A program made the translations under genes and the position numbers. DNA of 63,861 nt, counting the filler, from Sphacelaria rigidula (Eukaryota), in assembly GCA_964200075.2 (NCBI GenBank). It is 5 parts of 5 records of this genome, joined end to end, with 100 filler letters (N's around TTAATTAATTAA, not from the genome) between each part and the next. Parts side by side here need not be neighbours in the genome. Positions count along the whole stretch, not along the records: positions 12,796 to 25,488 come from CAXNAA020003494.1; 4 more parts are not named here. One strand, given 5' to 3'. This document shows, piece after piece, positions 12,796-25,488 of the stretch. Numbering within the stretch: the first letter of the stretch is position 1; the number at the start of each line of letters is the position of its first letter. The notes under the pieces are model-generated. The model was not told the DNA's origin and did no database searches. It saw only the letters and a program-made list of their open reading frames with translations.

Positions 12796-12955
12796 ATAGC
12801 GCCACCGCTACGGCCTTAAACAAAAGTCCAGCTAAGTCACCCTGTTCGTCTCTTCATTGCGGTCGGTATGATACCATATATGGGACTATTGGGTTCGTAT
12901 TGCGGAAGGCATTTTCTGATGACACAATTTTGGGTGATCACCGTGAACCAGCCTG
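12796..12955. mobile_element. Right end of the same TA-flanked TIR family as 1589-3035
   Basis: Aligns with 2877-3035 and ends GTGAACCAGCCTG-TA. Confidence 0.8.
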
Positions 12956-13112
12956 TAACATCATCGTATTATAGCACCATAGCATCATCGCGTCAATAGC
13001 ATCATAGCATCATGGTGTCATGGTATTGTAGTCTAATGGTATGTACGCGTATATCCTTACTATTACGAAGGCTGGTACAACGTTCATTCGTCGTCTTGGT
13101 GGTCAAATCAGG

Positions 13113-13165
13113 ACACGTCAACACACGTCAACACACGTCAACACACGTCAACACACGTCAACACA
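13113..13165. repeat. Minisatellite (ACACACGTCA)x~5
   Basis: Direct reading. Confidence 0.9.
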
Positions 13166-13569
13166 TGACCACTAATGTCACAAATATTGGTGCCGCGGAC
13201 GACATACCAATAGAACACCAGGAGGTTTCGGCTGGCATGATGCATTACAATAAATCTCGCGGACACACACACACACGTTTAGTGTGTATTATTACCTAGC
13301 CCTTGCCCTAGCCGTAGCCGTATGAGTCATGAGACAAGCGTTGGATGTTATCGCGATGGGGTCCCACGGTTTGTTTTCCGTTCAAGATGTAATATGCAAT
13401 TGGTCGTCGGCCGCTACGGTGCTACGGTGTTTTATTGAAACACAGGGACTGCCTCGTCATGGCCGATACCCACGACTCGAAATAAAGCAAAATCAAATAA
13501 AACAACTCTCGATCCGAGACGAAAGAAACGCAGTCGCTGTCACACGTTCTGCTGTTCCCCTCCTTAGTA

Positions 13570-14038
13570 TGACTGCCTTATCGTTGTTGCTTCTAGCAAT
13601 TCTCAGCTGAATGATGACTTGATTTCTTGCAGGGCTAAAGCTATCATGAAGGGCGCGAAAGAAGCGAGCGTGCTCGCTGGACGGGGTGGCGTAGAAGAGG
13701 CGCTTGAGGTGAGAGAGCACAAGACATGGACTTGCTCGGCATCCCCTTGCCAGAACCCCGAAGATGGTTCTCAGAGTCCCTCGAAAAGAAACCACAGAAT
13801 GGTCCAGCACCTCTTTGAGAGTACGAAACATCTGGCTGTTCTTGAAACCCATTTCAGCACACTACAAAATTGTTCTCGAATTCCTAGCAAACATTCGATG
13901 AAGGCCTTTCGAAACGTTGTTGAAACGGGAGAGATTTGCCGTGAACTCATCGAAGAAACAGGCGGCTGTTCTTCAGCCGCTGGGGATGAGGAGCTTGATC
14001 CTTGCCCGTCCCCCGGCTGTGACGAGTTTTGTTCCTGA
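13570..14038 (+). pseudogene. Probable TE-derived ORF fragment with a C2H2-like zinc-finger pattern
   Basis: WTCSASPCQ...MVQHLFESTKHL. No splice-consistent link to neighbouring exons was found. Confidence 0.3.
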
Positions 14039-14220
14039 TGGAATTGAAGTCGATAATCAGAAAAATCATCTGTCGAAGACAAGTAAGCACGACCTTCGTC
14101 GTGAAGTTCGAAAACCCTTCAACCGCGTGGGTCCGTCCCCCTGTCTTTACTTTTGTTGAATAGGTTATTTTATGGACATATGGCGTCGGAAGGCAGACGT
14201 GCGTACGGTAGTTAGTTTTT

Positions 14221-14263
14221 CTGCCGTTACTACCGTTACTGCCGTTACTGCCGTTACTGCCGT
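14221..14263. repeat. 9-bp tandem repeat (GCCGTTACT)x~4.5
   Basis: Direct reading. Confidence 0.9.
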
Positions 14264-14345
14264 GTCTTAGTGGTGTCACTGACAGCGTACATGTTGAGCC
14301 GGTCAAGGCGGAGATGGAGGGTTCGAATCACGCCATATGCTTTTT
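14260..14345 (+). repeat. Possible tRNA-derived SINE head
   Basis: A-box-like tgtcttagtggt, B-box ggttcgaatc at 14320, T5 run at 14341. No clean cloverleaf. Confidence 0.3.
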
Positions 14346-14809
14346 AATGCTGGGGTTATTCTGAGATTGTTCTGAAATGACTGGTTTCCGTGGTCAAAAA
14401 CGTGAGCACGTGAGGAGCGAAAAGCGATTGGTGATCGTAATAATCAATAGTAATAATAATCATCATCGTGGTGGTGGTGGTGGTGGTCGTCGTCGTCGAC
14501 GAGGCGTGAGAGTTCTGATCCAATCGGCCGTACCTCAATGTGGTGGTCATACTGTACCGCGAGAGAGGTGAGACTACGACCTCGCCCCACCAAAAGGAAG
14601 ATACTGAAATGACAACGAACAAGTATTAGAGTAAATGAAGAAAAATGATAAATCGTTGGCACTCCTTTGCTTCATAGACTCCGGTGTGTTTTCATGGTCG
14701 TTGCTGCGCTATTTAGCCTCGTTTCTGTGAGGCTCTCATCTCAGACAGTGATCCTAAAAAGGAGGCATATGCCTGCTCTTGAGTGTCTCTCTTACAACGG
14801 CAGCAATAG

Positions 14810-14863
14810 GCTTACAATATAGAGCTTACAATATATGGAGCAGGGGGCGCCTCCTTGACCTGG
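14810..14863 (+). CDS. Probable small exon of sulfotransferase (gene 2, partial)
   Basis: tag|GCT acceptor and TGG|gtgagt donor; AYNIELTIYGAGGASLTW, phase 0-0. AYN fits the position just after a 3'-PB RxxS motif (inference). Confidence 0.45.
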
Positions 14864-15272
14864 GTGAGTGCAATCGTCCTGTCACGCCATCTTTTAGCAA
14901 GGGTGTTGTTTCGCAGTTGGTCCATCGCGTCCTCTCTGCGCCTCAGTGCTGCCTCTGCTGCTCATGCTTCCACGCGGACTTGTGTCTGTTGTGCGATACG
15001 GCAAAGAATGAGACATGGCCAAAATGTGTCATTGTCGCCTCTTTGAAGAGTTTGCTTTGAAGAATAAACAAGTATCGCTGCTGCCCCTCGTGCAAACCGG
15101 TAATCGAATTTCCCTTCTCGGAACCTGCACCCCCAACAGAGACAAAACAAAACCGTATCATTCAAGTAATTACCGCGTACACCTTTTGTCATACCGGATT
15201 AATCGTCCAGCGCAAACGACCATCAACATTGGCTCATGATAATTTTGACGGCAACAACCAACGGCACCACAG

Positions 15273-15483
15273 GGCTTGCGAGAAGACGCTAACCGATGTT
15301 TTCCCCTCGTGGAATTGGCGGACCAAGCCGAGAAGCGCCACCCGGGGGGAAAGTGGAGGGCAAACTGGAGGTTGAGCGAGATGAAATCTAACAAACACGC
15401 GCCCGGAGAGGACGTAGGCCACTCGAAGTTGTCTCCTCCGCTGGGGAACAGGGGAGGGGCGCTGCGCCATTCTTGGAGAAAAG
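15273..15483 (+). CDS. Exon of gene 2
   Basis: cacag|GGC acceptor; GLREDANRCFP...HSWRK. Phase-1 end at AAG|gcacgt (GC donor) fits the next exon. Confidence 0.55.
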
Positions 15484-16242
15484 GCACGTGCTCTTGCTTG
15501 TTTTTTGCGTGCTTGATGTGCTTTGTGGTGCCTACTCGTGTTGGGGCCGTTGCCATGTAGTATTTGCTTCACTGCGTGTGTGACATCCTGTACCGTACAC
15601 TGTACTACCAAATCTGGGGGAACAACCGTACCGTAATAGTGTTGAAAGTGTGCGCACTCTGCGTATCTTGTGCGGTGTTTGCTTCGATGTGCTTTGCAGT
15701 GTGTGCTCGAGGTGTCCGGACTTCCCGTGAAGAAGTCACACGCCCCCTACGACCATACCTCCGTGATTTCTGTTGCACTGCTACAATGGGCACGGCGTAT
15801 GTTCTCGGTATATGCTCGCCATTATTTGATGTGGTATAGAATGCATACGGGAAGGACGTCGCTTGAATGTGCCGCTGGCTGAGTTTCTGCGAATTTTTCG
15901 AAAGTGTGTTGATCTGCCTCAGCTTCCAGAAGAAAAACAAACGTTGCAACCGTGCTGAGTGCGAGAGCTCCAGGTAATCTTGTTTTACTGCCCCCTGCCT
16001 TTTTTCTAGGTATCTTGCAGTGTCTTCGGGTCTCATACTTTTCGTCCGCATTTGAGTAATCTTGTTTCCAAATCCAGAATCGTTTGGTAATCGTTCCCGT
16101 TTGACTACCGCGTGGACGTGTACACTTTCTGCTGACCGCCGCTGGATCCATGGCCAATCGTCGATTGGGGATCGGAAAAAAAAGTGCGACAAATAATCAA
16201 ATGAGCCAGCCAAATAAATTTGCCCGAAATAAAATCCTTCAG

Positions 16243-16925
16243 ACGGTGGTCGCAACCTGGTTGGAGTGGACGATGAAAACAGTGCCATCGAGTTCGACGA
16301 GGAAGGGCACGGTGCGGAGCACTACCTCGACCATGAGCACTCTCAATGGCGGGGTAGCCACCACGCCCGAGGTGATGGAGCACCCGTGGAATATACTACC
16401 TACAACCAAACACTGTACCGCTGGCTTCACCGCACCTTTGACCAGCTTGACCACCCACAACACTCCAAAGAGCAACACTCGAAAGAGCCGAGCACGAGAC
16501 ACGGTGCAAACGTGTGGGGCAATGACCCATTGTGGCATGCCACCCCGCATGCCGTCTACCTGAACCCGGATATGGAAGTGGGATTGGAACCAGGCTGGTT
16601 GGATTTGTGTGAGCAAGAGGCAGCACATGGCAGGGGATGGCATGAACCGAACGCAGCACGGCATTACTCGGATTCTCACGAACCAGGGGACGGATATCAT
16701 TTATCCCCTGCATCAGAGGAGGGGGGGGGGCGTTATTATGGGGAAGGAAAGCAGGGGATCGATCAGGTTTCTCAAGTTGATGTCGATCGGCGGAAGCTGC
16801 CAGTGCTTGATCCTGGCAAGCCCACGAAGGATGTGGGAGCGACCATGGATTGGGGGGAATGGGGACAGAAGGGGGACAGGATGTACGACAAGACCTGCTA
16901 CGTCAAACACGAGAAAGTTTTGGGG
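16243..16925 (+). CDS. His/Glu/Gly-rich exon of gene 2
   Basis: ttcag|AC acceptor and GGG|gtgagg donor; in frame with ORF 16266-17000. Confidence 0.7.
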
Positions 16926-17319
16926 GTGAGGATCACAAACAGCCCCCAGTTTGCTTTTGATGAGTTAGGACTCGGAAGCTTCGTGATGAGTGTAGGTTGA
17001 GGTTGCGCGGTGGAAACTGGGCTGGTGATTAGGTTCAGGGCTGTGGGTGTTGGAGAAAAGCTGACCGATCTGATGCTTTTTTTTTCTAAGTGAATCGAAG
17101 CCTTTATGGTTGTAGGGAATCAAGTGCAAGGCATGCTTCTTGTGTAGTTGTGTGAGCTTTTCTGTTGCGGCTGACAGTTGACAGCGGTGGTAACCCATTC
17201 GATAGGCCACGGCGGCCACACTCCTTGACTAGGGAAGGATGTAAGACCATCGGCGACGGTGATACTCGAACGATCCCATGACCGTATGTCGCTATCAACC
17301 CCCCCCCGGTGTAATGCAG

Positions 17320-17459
17320 GCTGATACCGTGATGCGGAAGGAAATCAAAACTGTGACGAAATGCTTCGAGGATGCACTCACTTCGCTGGGCGGACTAGCC
17401 GAGGTAGACGAGATAAATACCGAGGCGGCTTTGGAGGCCATGGATGGGTGCATCAACCG
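17320..17459 (+). CDS. Exon of gene 2
   Basis: tgcag|GCT acceptor and CG|gtcagt donor; ADTVMRKEIKTVTKCFEDAL... Confidence 0.7.
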
Positions 17460-17829
17460 GTCAGTGCTTGTTGTAAAGAAGCCATTTTTGCCGTTCGTGA
17501 CATTTTCGTGCTTGTCATGACTCTGATTGTGTTTTCCGCGACGTTATTCTTTTCGCTTATGATGCCGTTCTTGCCGTTTACGAGTTTGGCGTCGTTCATA
17601 TAATTCGTGTGTTTCTTGGCGTCATTCATGCCTTTCCTTGATTCTGTCCATGCATTTTTTAGCGTCATTTATGCTTTTCATGCTTTGTGTGGCCTCCCTC
17701 AGCGAGATGACCCAGAGTTTTGGTTGTATATCTATGGTTGATTTTTTGGAACAAACTAACAATAACACTAACGCGAACCCTAACCCCGACCCAAGGCGTA
17801 CGAGACCCTCGGGCAAGGGGGGTGCATAG

Positions 17830-17982
17830 GTTCGTTCCCCTAGGTAAAGTGCGCGTTGACAGACCTCAGATCGACGCCGCAGGCTCCGATTCCGACAAGA
17901 ACACGTTCCGGACGAGCTGGGTCCACTGCTCACCTACTCCAAACCATAAATGTTTTCAGGACTTTCTCAAGTCTAAGATCAA
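17830..17982 (+). CDS. Exon of gene 2 (3' boundary 17982 or 17970)
   Basis: catag|G acceptor, phase 2; FVPLGKVRVDRPQ...; both candidate donors are phase 2, matching the exon at 18542. Confidence 0.55.
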
Positions 17983-18541
17983 GTAGTCATGCTGTCAACC
18001 ATAGATGTACGACCAAAGCTCTAGCCCTGCTACCGTCAGCAACGCCTCGCCGAGAGTGGTCGATGACTGTTGTACCAACCCAGTGTAGCCATTCCGGCAT
18101 TTGTACAGGTACAAGTTGCTGACTCGGGCATGCTGTTCGCAGCGGAAGTAAATTCATCTCTTTGATTCGATCGAAGTTTCTCTCCAGGATATAGGGTAAC
18201 CCAATCGTTTCCCCAAAGCTCTCTGTCATGCCTCTTGCGCTGTCTCTAGCGTATCCCACTCCTTATATTTAGGGAGGTCCAGCTTGCTCTGTAGCCTTGG
18301 TGCCCGTGGTCGTGCTGCTGTAGTGTGGCACGTTTTACTTCACATATGTCAGTGCAGCGTCTGGCAAAATGATATTCACCTTCGAGGATGAACCTTCAAT
18401 ACAAGATAGTTCCAAATGTTTGCACCTATCCTATGAGAAAAGGGGGCGGGGCGTTCATTTAATACCGAGACGCACGAGCGCGGGTTCTGACATATTGGCG
18501 TTGTTTCTTGTGCGCTATGCTGTTTGCTTTTCGTGACACAG

Positions 18542-18641
18542 ATGTTTCACGGTGACGCCCGGCATTTCAATGCAGTACCTTTACCGAAGCCTCTACTCCG
18601 TGCAAGCTTACCACTGCCTCCGACATTTCCCGAGAGACCAG
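18542..18641 (+). CDS. Sulfotransferase C-terminal exon
   Basis: cag|A acceptor and CAG|gtgacg donor. QYLYRSLYSVQAYHCLRHFPRDQ matches the Y...FpreQ pattern of heparan-sulfate/Sulfotransfer_1-type enzymes. Confidence 0.8.
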
Positions 18642-19652
18642 GTGACGTTGAAATCCGTTCAATATTCCTTGTTATGTTTTTGTGGTTCGTTGTTGGCGGC
18701 GCAAAGTGGGGGAAACTCGAGGCACTTGCACCAACTCTACTTTGCTGTGCTGTCGTAGTGGGTTCGCCAGTCGCGTGATGGCTTGTGTTGACTGGCCTTT
18801 TTTTTACGGGCGCTATGAGGCGAGAGTGACACTACCTCTCGTTTTCTTCGCTCATCCATTCGTACGTTCTTGTCATGATATCTGCCGTTTGTGGAAACCG
18901 AAGTTACCGATGCCCTAATTGTACCCCAGTCTGTAGACACACCACCACCACCTCGACATTTGAGTTGGGAACGATCTACAGACGCAGAAATGATCAATGT
19001 TAGTCGCCCCCCGTGCCTTCTTGCATATATAGTTCAGCGTGAATGCCGCGTCCATTACATGTCGTGTGTGTTTTGAGATCTCCCAGCGATTGTCTTTTGT
19101 GTAGATCCGTTGTTTGCGTTGGCTTGTCTTGAATTTTTTTCTCGCTACCCAGCGACTTCAAAGATTCGCTCTGCGCAGTGATTTCTGTTGCTGCTGCTAT
19201 GATGAGCAAGACTGTTGCACATTGTTCATATCATCGTCATTCTAAACATGGCGCCTTGCTTGCCCAATGCTTCACGTCTTGGTCGTTCATGCAGAGCGAC
19301 TTCGCATTCACTTGAATTTTATTTTATTCTTGTCATATGCCACTCTGTTTATCTTGATAACACTATGCTATTCGTTGTTCAGTGAGATCCATTCCCTGGA
19401 TGCTCTACCTGGCTCGTGTTTCGCACTCATGTGTGTTGCTCTGGTTTCTGGAAAGGCGTTGCATTGTTCGTCGAGACCGACTTCCCACGTGCTGAACTTG
19501 TTTTACTCACTGCCCGTGTTGTTTTGTGTTGCTAAAAGCAAGTGGTTTTCGGTGTTGATTGTGTTGGTTGAGACCGTCCTCACAAGTCATTGGCCTTTTT
19601 TTCACTGGTTCTTGGTTGCTTTGTGGTGTATGTTTCTCCGAATGTTCAACAG

Positions 19653-19725
19653 ATGTTATTCATTGAGAGTGACGACCTACGGGAGAGGCCCCAGGAAGTC
19701 CTGTCCAACGTGCACGAGTTCATTG
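19653..19725 (+). CDS. Sulfotransferase C-terminal exon
   Basis: aacag|ATG acceptor and G|gtgaga donor. MLFIESDDLRERPQEVLSNVHEFIG matches the edl...P...l..v..FlG pattern. Confidence 0.8.
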
Positions 19726-20294
19726 GTGAGATACTGTGTGACAATTTACTCGACCAAGTAAATGTTGCATGTTGTGTGGTTGCTAAGCCCCGAAAATTAA
19801 TTTTGTGTTTAGCCAGAATGTGCTCTTGTGTAGCGTGCTTGCTTCGTAGAGGGACATGAATACAAGCAGGATTCATGTGTCACGCGATCTGGTTCACAAC
19901 GCTATTTGCCTCGGGAAACGTTGTGGGATTGTTCACCATGACATCCTAGTAGCCGTCTGCTCACATATTATCTTCGAGGGGACGAAGAATGGCACGTGCC
20001 ACCTGTCAGTCGATTTGTTCTTTACTATCGGGTATGCTGGCTCGATATCCGTTCAGCAGGCCTTGCCCAGACGTTAGGAGGATGTAGCGCGTCTGCAGAT
20101 CAAGCGTATGATGAGAGGCGATATCGTAGAATACATGGTATCACGCGTCTGTCTCCTGCAAAGAGTGTTCTTCTCCGAGGCATTGCATCATCATCCCAAT
20201 ATTTATTTTTGCGTCATTGTTACGACGTTCGTATTCATTGTTCTACTTGTCGGCGTTTAACCTCCCACTTAACCTTCCCCCCTCCTCGCGTCAT

Positions 20295-20592
20295 GGTGAG
20301 GCATCCATGGGGCAGTGTAACCCATGGCTGTCTCTGAACGTGGCGGTACCAGAAAATGGAGCAACTCATTCGAGGCTGCCATCTATATGCAAGATAATTA
20401 GCATGCTAATTAGCATGCTTCAGGCCGATCGGTCTTGGCAGGGTGCAGCTAAACCCTCATCCGACTTGCCGGACACACCACGGCGCTTTGCGCTTGGTGA
20501 CTGCGAGCGTGCTGGTTCAGCGAAAACCCGGCGTGCTCCGTCCCGGTAGCCGGTAGTGATGCGAGGCCAATGGTCTCATGAGTGAGGCATGC
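20295..20592 (+). repeat. Dispersed repeat family R1 (~300-400 bp)
   Basis: Homologous to 38858-39195 and 55039-55458, with inverted fragments at ~25969-26003, 30000-30087 and 38175-38280. Confidence 0.8.
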
Positions 20593-22399
20593 AGAATAAT
20601 CACTACACTTACCCCTCCTCGCGCCGGGTCGAGTCCGTTGCATCATGGTATCAGACCCACTCTCCCCCTGTACCTGCCTAACAATCTGTTATTGAGCGTT
20701 GAATCAGCATTCCCTCAGCCCGTCTCGCCGACTGTCATCGACTTTCATTGTCTTCAGTTTTCGCCACCTGCTGTTCCCACTTTCCATATGCATACTTTTT
20801 TTTTGGAGTTGTTTCGAATTTCGTCACATTATACGCTCGTGCCCTCCATGCTGTGGGGGGCGGGGGAAACGTTATGACTCACCCATTAAAAGATACTGTG
20901 ACTCCTCACATATCCGACCGTCGGCTCCCATCTGGAGATTGCGGTGAGCGCAGTTGCACCAGCCTCAGCTATTGATCAAGATAGCAGCAAAACACTTGTC
21001 CCCACCAGCCAGCATGTGCACTCACTTTGTGGTATACCCACGCCGCGTGGCCAACATCCTGCCGACAAGACTCTTAAACGCATGTACCGGTTGATGTATA
21101 CCCGCACACATCACAACTTGACCACACTATCACAGCACGGCGTCTGCCGGCATAGAGCACTGGAGGCACGACGGTTCCGTCGGCCCACGGCATGCTCCGT
21201 TGCACCCCGCGTAAAGCGATGGGAATGCGTCTGCCACGAAAAAACCCGGAATGAATTCCCTCACGATTGCGTGCTCACGATCCCCTCCGTGTCCGTTCGA
21301 ACAATATAAACGACCAGACCATCGCAGGGGGCGCCGGGCCCATCACATATCACACGCCTGCTGGACCCTGCCATCGAACACTCTCTTCCGCGCCACTTCC
21401 TCCGTCGAAGGCATCGGGCGGGTGGTCAGAAAAGATGTTCGGAAATTACTATTACAGTTTAAAACCGCCGCGGGAAAACCCAGCTCTCGGTAAACGTCTG
21501 TGGAGAAAAACCCGATTCCCAGGGGAGAAAAACTCGACAGCGGCGCCATGCGCCGCATTTGAACATAATCCTCTAAAGCGCGCAGGGAATGGCGGGCGGG
21601 AAAACTCAGACTACACAAACTCAGACAAGAGCGATTCGAGGTGCTGTCACCCGCTGATAGTCCCACCACGCGTCTCCCGAATTTCACACACCTCGAACGT
21701 ACTCCACACATTGTTTTCGTCACTTGATCGTATGTGCACTTGCCCTTGTACCTTGCTGCTTCTTCCACACTGAACCACTCCACCTGACTCACCCACAAAG
21801 TATCAGGCTCCATATGTTCTGAAATGGCTCCTAGAAACTTCAACCACCACCAACGTCTGCTCCTGCACAAAGACTCGATTCTTCCCGATTGCAGAATCGA
21901 ATCTTTTTTGCAACTGCTTTCGAGCTTTGACACAGTGTGCTCTCCCGCCACCCAGTACATTGGGCGGCTTGGGAGGGGCGGGGGTGGGAAGCCTCATGAA
22001 TCACCTATTCAAAATCAGTGTGATCCCTCACGTATCCGACTGTTGGCTCCCATCTGGAGATTGCGCTGAGCGCAGTCGCACCAGCCTCCACAAGAACCTG
22101 GGCCAACCTGCGGATGCGAGACACTTCCCCAACGTTCTCCAAAGCCACACCAATGCAATCCATCCCGTAGGGGGACGACTCCTCTGTGCATATGTAGCTA
22201 ACCATTCCACCTCGGCTCCCATTTCGGCGTCCAAACCTCTTCGTCAACACATGACTCCATCCTACTCTTATCCGCCCATCTATTACCGTATGTTGCTGCA
22301 CCCCTTCATCGTCATTATTTTGATACATCAACTTTGTTTTACGCATACACTTGGGCACCAACCATGTACTTCGGCGTCATGAGCCGCCTCCCCGGATGA

Positions 22400-23345
22400 T
22401 GTCACAACTCATTCCTCCACGCGGTGCCCTGATTAGGCTGCGGACCACCACTTGTACGCCCGTCGTCGATAAGTTTGACACTAAACCGCAACTCGCATCG
22501 TTAGCCCGGACGTATGTCTTGTACGAGTCCGATTTCCATCTACCCTCCCTCTGCAACATCTCTGGGGATACTCCTGTTGTGGAAAAATTTATGGCGCCAC
22601 CAATCGGCAGAGAGTGCAACGCAAACTCTGCAAGTGATAGCCCAGCCAACGCCACCACTCGCCGTAACGCAGCCATTCGCATCATGCCGATTCCACATCA
22701 ATAAACTTCCGTTGTTCCGCACACGTAGGTCATCAGCGGGGCATCTACAGGGAACGATTCAGCAACAGACATGAGCTCAATCATTAAGGCGATCGCTCCA
22801 CCCGCTTCTCGAAACGCCAACGTTGGACCCAAGCGAACACGCGTCACGATAACTCCGACTCGTGATTGATCCCCTTTGAATGCCCGGAAGCGCACTTCCA
22901 TTCGATCTCGGGTGTACCTCAATCATGTCGACGCTACTGCTTCCGTCCTCGATGAAATGCCACATCACTTCTACGCAAATAGTAAACGGGATGATAATAA
23001 TGAAGATAATCAGTGAACATCTCGGAAGATCTCGTCAAAAGGGAAAGGAGGCACAAAAGCCCCCCCTCAACACGTGGCCACCCGGGTCCCGCCCAAGCGA
23101 CAAACGTACCCCCCCTTTAAAAGCACTGACGACGCCACCGGGCACCGAACTCGTTGCTGTGTACCCATCACGCCCTGGCTAGGCTTCAATCCCATCCACG
23201 CATTTTTGATTAACGAAGAATGTTGAATGTCCAAGTCGACGCCTCCGTCAGCTCCATGGAAATATGCAACCGCTACCAAGTGACATGCCACGGTGTCCGA
23301 CTGCATCCCTTTCTCGTCGCACGCATGACCCATGTACTCAATCAC
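22400..23345 (-). pseudogene. Tyrosine recombinase (DIRS/Ngaro type), frameshifted
   Basis: LVAVAYFH...LIKNA..G; LTRSSEMF; LRRSDVAF; FKGDQSRVG; ALHSL(P)IGGA; EGRWKSDSYKTYVR. The catalytic Arg of HxxR is replaced by Pro. Confidence 0.88.
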
Positions 23346-23619
23346 TCACCAAACATTTTGTATCGCATCATCTTTGTTACTCAAAAGCATGGCTCGGTTC
23401 ATCTCCCGCCGGAACTGAACCCACGACCCGAAATATCCCTCGTACGTTCTCGCAAACTACGGCGCAATGGCAGCACAACACCTGGCCATCCGGGCCCCAC
23501 GCAAGCGACAAACGTTCCCCATCCAAAAGCACCGACAATGCACCGGCCGCCAAAGTCGTTGCTATGTTCTCATCACAGCGTGGCTACCGGTGCATTGTCG
23601 TTATTAATAAACGAATATC

Positions 23620-24440
23620 CCTCGTAATTTCTCGCAGATGACTACGCAGTGGCATTTCGAAGGAGCCCGAGGCCGTAATCCATGAGCACGGATGCCTTCC
23701 CCTTGTCCCGATGTCCTGCGTAGGCCACCGAATATCGGGAACGGCAAGACGAGAGGTTAGCAAAAACACAATCCGTGAGCCACAGAAAAATTCCTTCAGC
23801 CACATCCTTTAAAATTCCCCGTACATTTGCCTCGAGCACCTAACCCGAGTCAATTTCCAGCACAGCAAGCATGCGCATCAAAGCACCCAAACGCGGCTCC
23901 TTAGCCTAGCCCCTCTGCAATTACTCATACCCTCGTTACGGTGGATGCCTTATCTCCGTACAACAGTACACAATCAGCTCATAACCGTGGACTTCTCCTG
24001 CAGAGAAAAATATTACCGGCGCCGACATTAACATTCCCAAAAGTTCCAGTTGTTTGTTTTGTCTTGTTTTGGGTACGTCTATCATGTGACCACGGCTGGA
24101 CCCCTGGGGGGCCAGTGAAAGTGCGACAATCAATCAATCAATCAATCCAGTACTTGATCGAAATATCACTATCCGAGTGCACACTGGGACCTTCGAAATT
24201 TGATTGTTCCTCAGCGATCAAGTCATACCGCCGCCACATGCCCGATTGCAGACAGTAGCTCCTGATAGCCGCGCCTGGCGCATTCGAAGGTAAGCGCAAT
24301 GTGGACGGCGCAACACCAATCGTTATGCCGGGGATGACATTGCCGTTTCACGCCGCGACAATCCACAGTCAACCAGCCAACGTCACACGTCTGGATCATC
24401 GTGTGCCTCCGGGCTCAATACCACCACCCGCGACTTCGTC
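23620..24440 (-). pseudogene. DIRS-type RNase H remnant
   Basis: SGMWRRYDL..EEQ; DISIxVLELLGM (split by an insertion); EPRLGALMRMLAVLE; PDIRW..QD.G. Confidence 0.7.
24051..24145 (+). repeat. 5'-truncated LINE 3' end with (AATC)n tail inserted in the RNase H
   Basis: gtacgtctatcatgtgaccacggctgg...gtgcgacaatcaatc, flanked by TCCAGT duplication (24045-24050 / 24146-24151). Relatives at ~26420-26598, 27775-27850 and 30525-30625. Confidence 0.7.
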
Positions 24441-25488
24441 GCCGCCCTCGTTTAAATTCATTCCCTGTCACAACACGGGACGGGGAGGGGCGGCGCACCC
24501 GAGCCAGCGCCGAGTGAAGCCAACTTGCTCCACCCGACGCCCCGCTGCGTTATTCGCAAGCTGCATCGCTGCATCGCCAAGCTTTGTACGCCCGCAGTGG
24601 TATCGTCGACGGTTGCCCACGTTGTCCAGACAGTCGCTCGATTCACCAACCTGATAATCCACCGTGATCATCCTACGTGTCGACAGCCCACAGCTCTCCC
24701 CTCCTCGGTTGAGCTCGACATGATCCGCCCCGCCGGTGAAGAAGTGCCACTGCCTGGGACTGACGCATAATATCCCCGTGTACTACCTCCATGGACGTAG
24801 AAGTGGGCTCCTTGTGGGTGAGCAGATTTCTGGGTATTGTCACTCTCTCCCACGTAACCTTGCTTTTGCCCTGTCCGCCCACCCGGGCGACCTGATGTGA
24901 TCCCGCTTGTCCTGACATGTCAGTCAGAGCTGTCAGAAGCAACAGGAAATCATACAAAACTCAGACCACACAAACTCAGCCAACAGCGATTCGAGGGGTT
25001 GTCACCCGCTGATAGTCCCACCACCCGTCTCCCGGATCTCACACACCTCGAACAAAGAACTTACTCCACAAAACGTTAATGTCGCATGACCGTAGGTGCA
25101 CTTGCACTTGCCCTTGTACCTTGCTGCTTTTTACACACTAAACCACTCCACCTGACTCACCCACAAGGGAGCAGGCCTAATGAGTTCTGAAATGGCTTCT
25201 AGAAACTTCAACCACCATGAAAGTCTGGGAAAATTCTGTCCGCTCCTACACAAAAACTCGATTCTTTCCGAACACAGAATTTAACCTTTTCTGGAAGGTG
25301 AAGACCAGAAAAAAGACAGTTTGTGGGATCCAGGCCGCCAAATCCGCCCAAGAGAGCGGTCTGACTGGCCAATGGGGCGTGGATAATAGAGTTAGAGGTG
25401 TGACAGGTCATATGCAATGGTTTCACACGTCGGACAGATCAGTTTCTATGCAATCCAGCTCCTACAGATGAAGTATGAACACACTTGT

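Larger units (their letters stand above)
20855..25293 (-). mobile_element. Decayed DIRS-order (Ngaro/PAT-like) tyrosine-recombinase retrotransposon, internally deleted
   Basis: RNase H and YR remnants. Split direct repeats A (24956-25293, 21601-21910) and B (21975-22088, 20855-20966) lie in A-ORFs-B-A-B order on the minus strand. Confidence 0.75.

Noticed and set aside
22400-23345. Phage or endogenous-virus integrase
   Set aside because: The adjacent DIRS-type RNase H and split repeats indicate a YR retrotransposon; no viral hallmark genes were seen.
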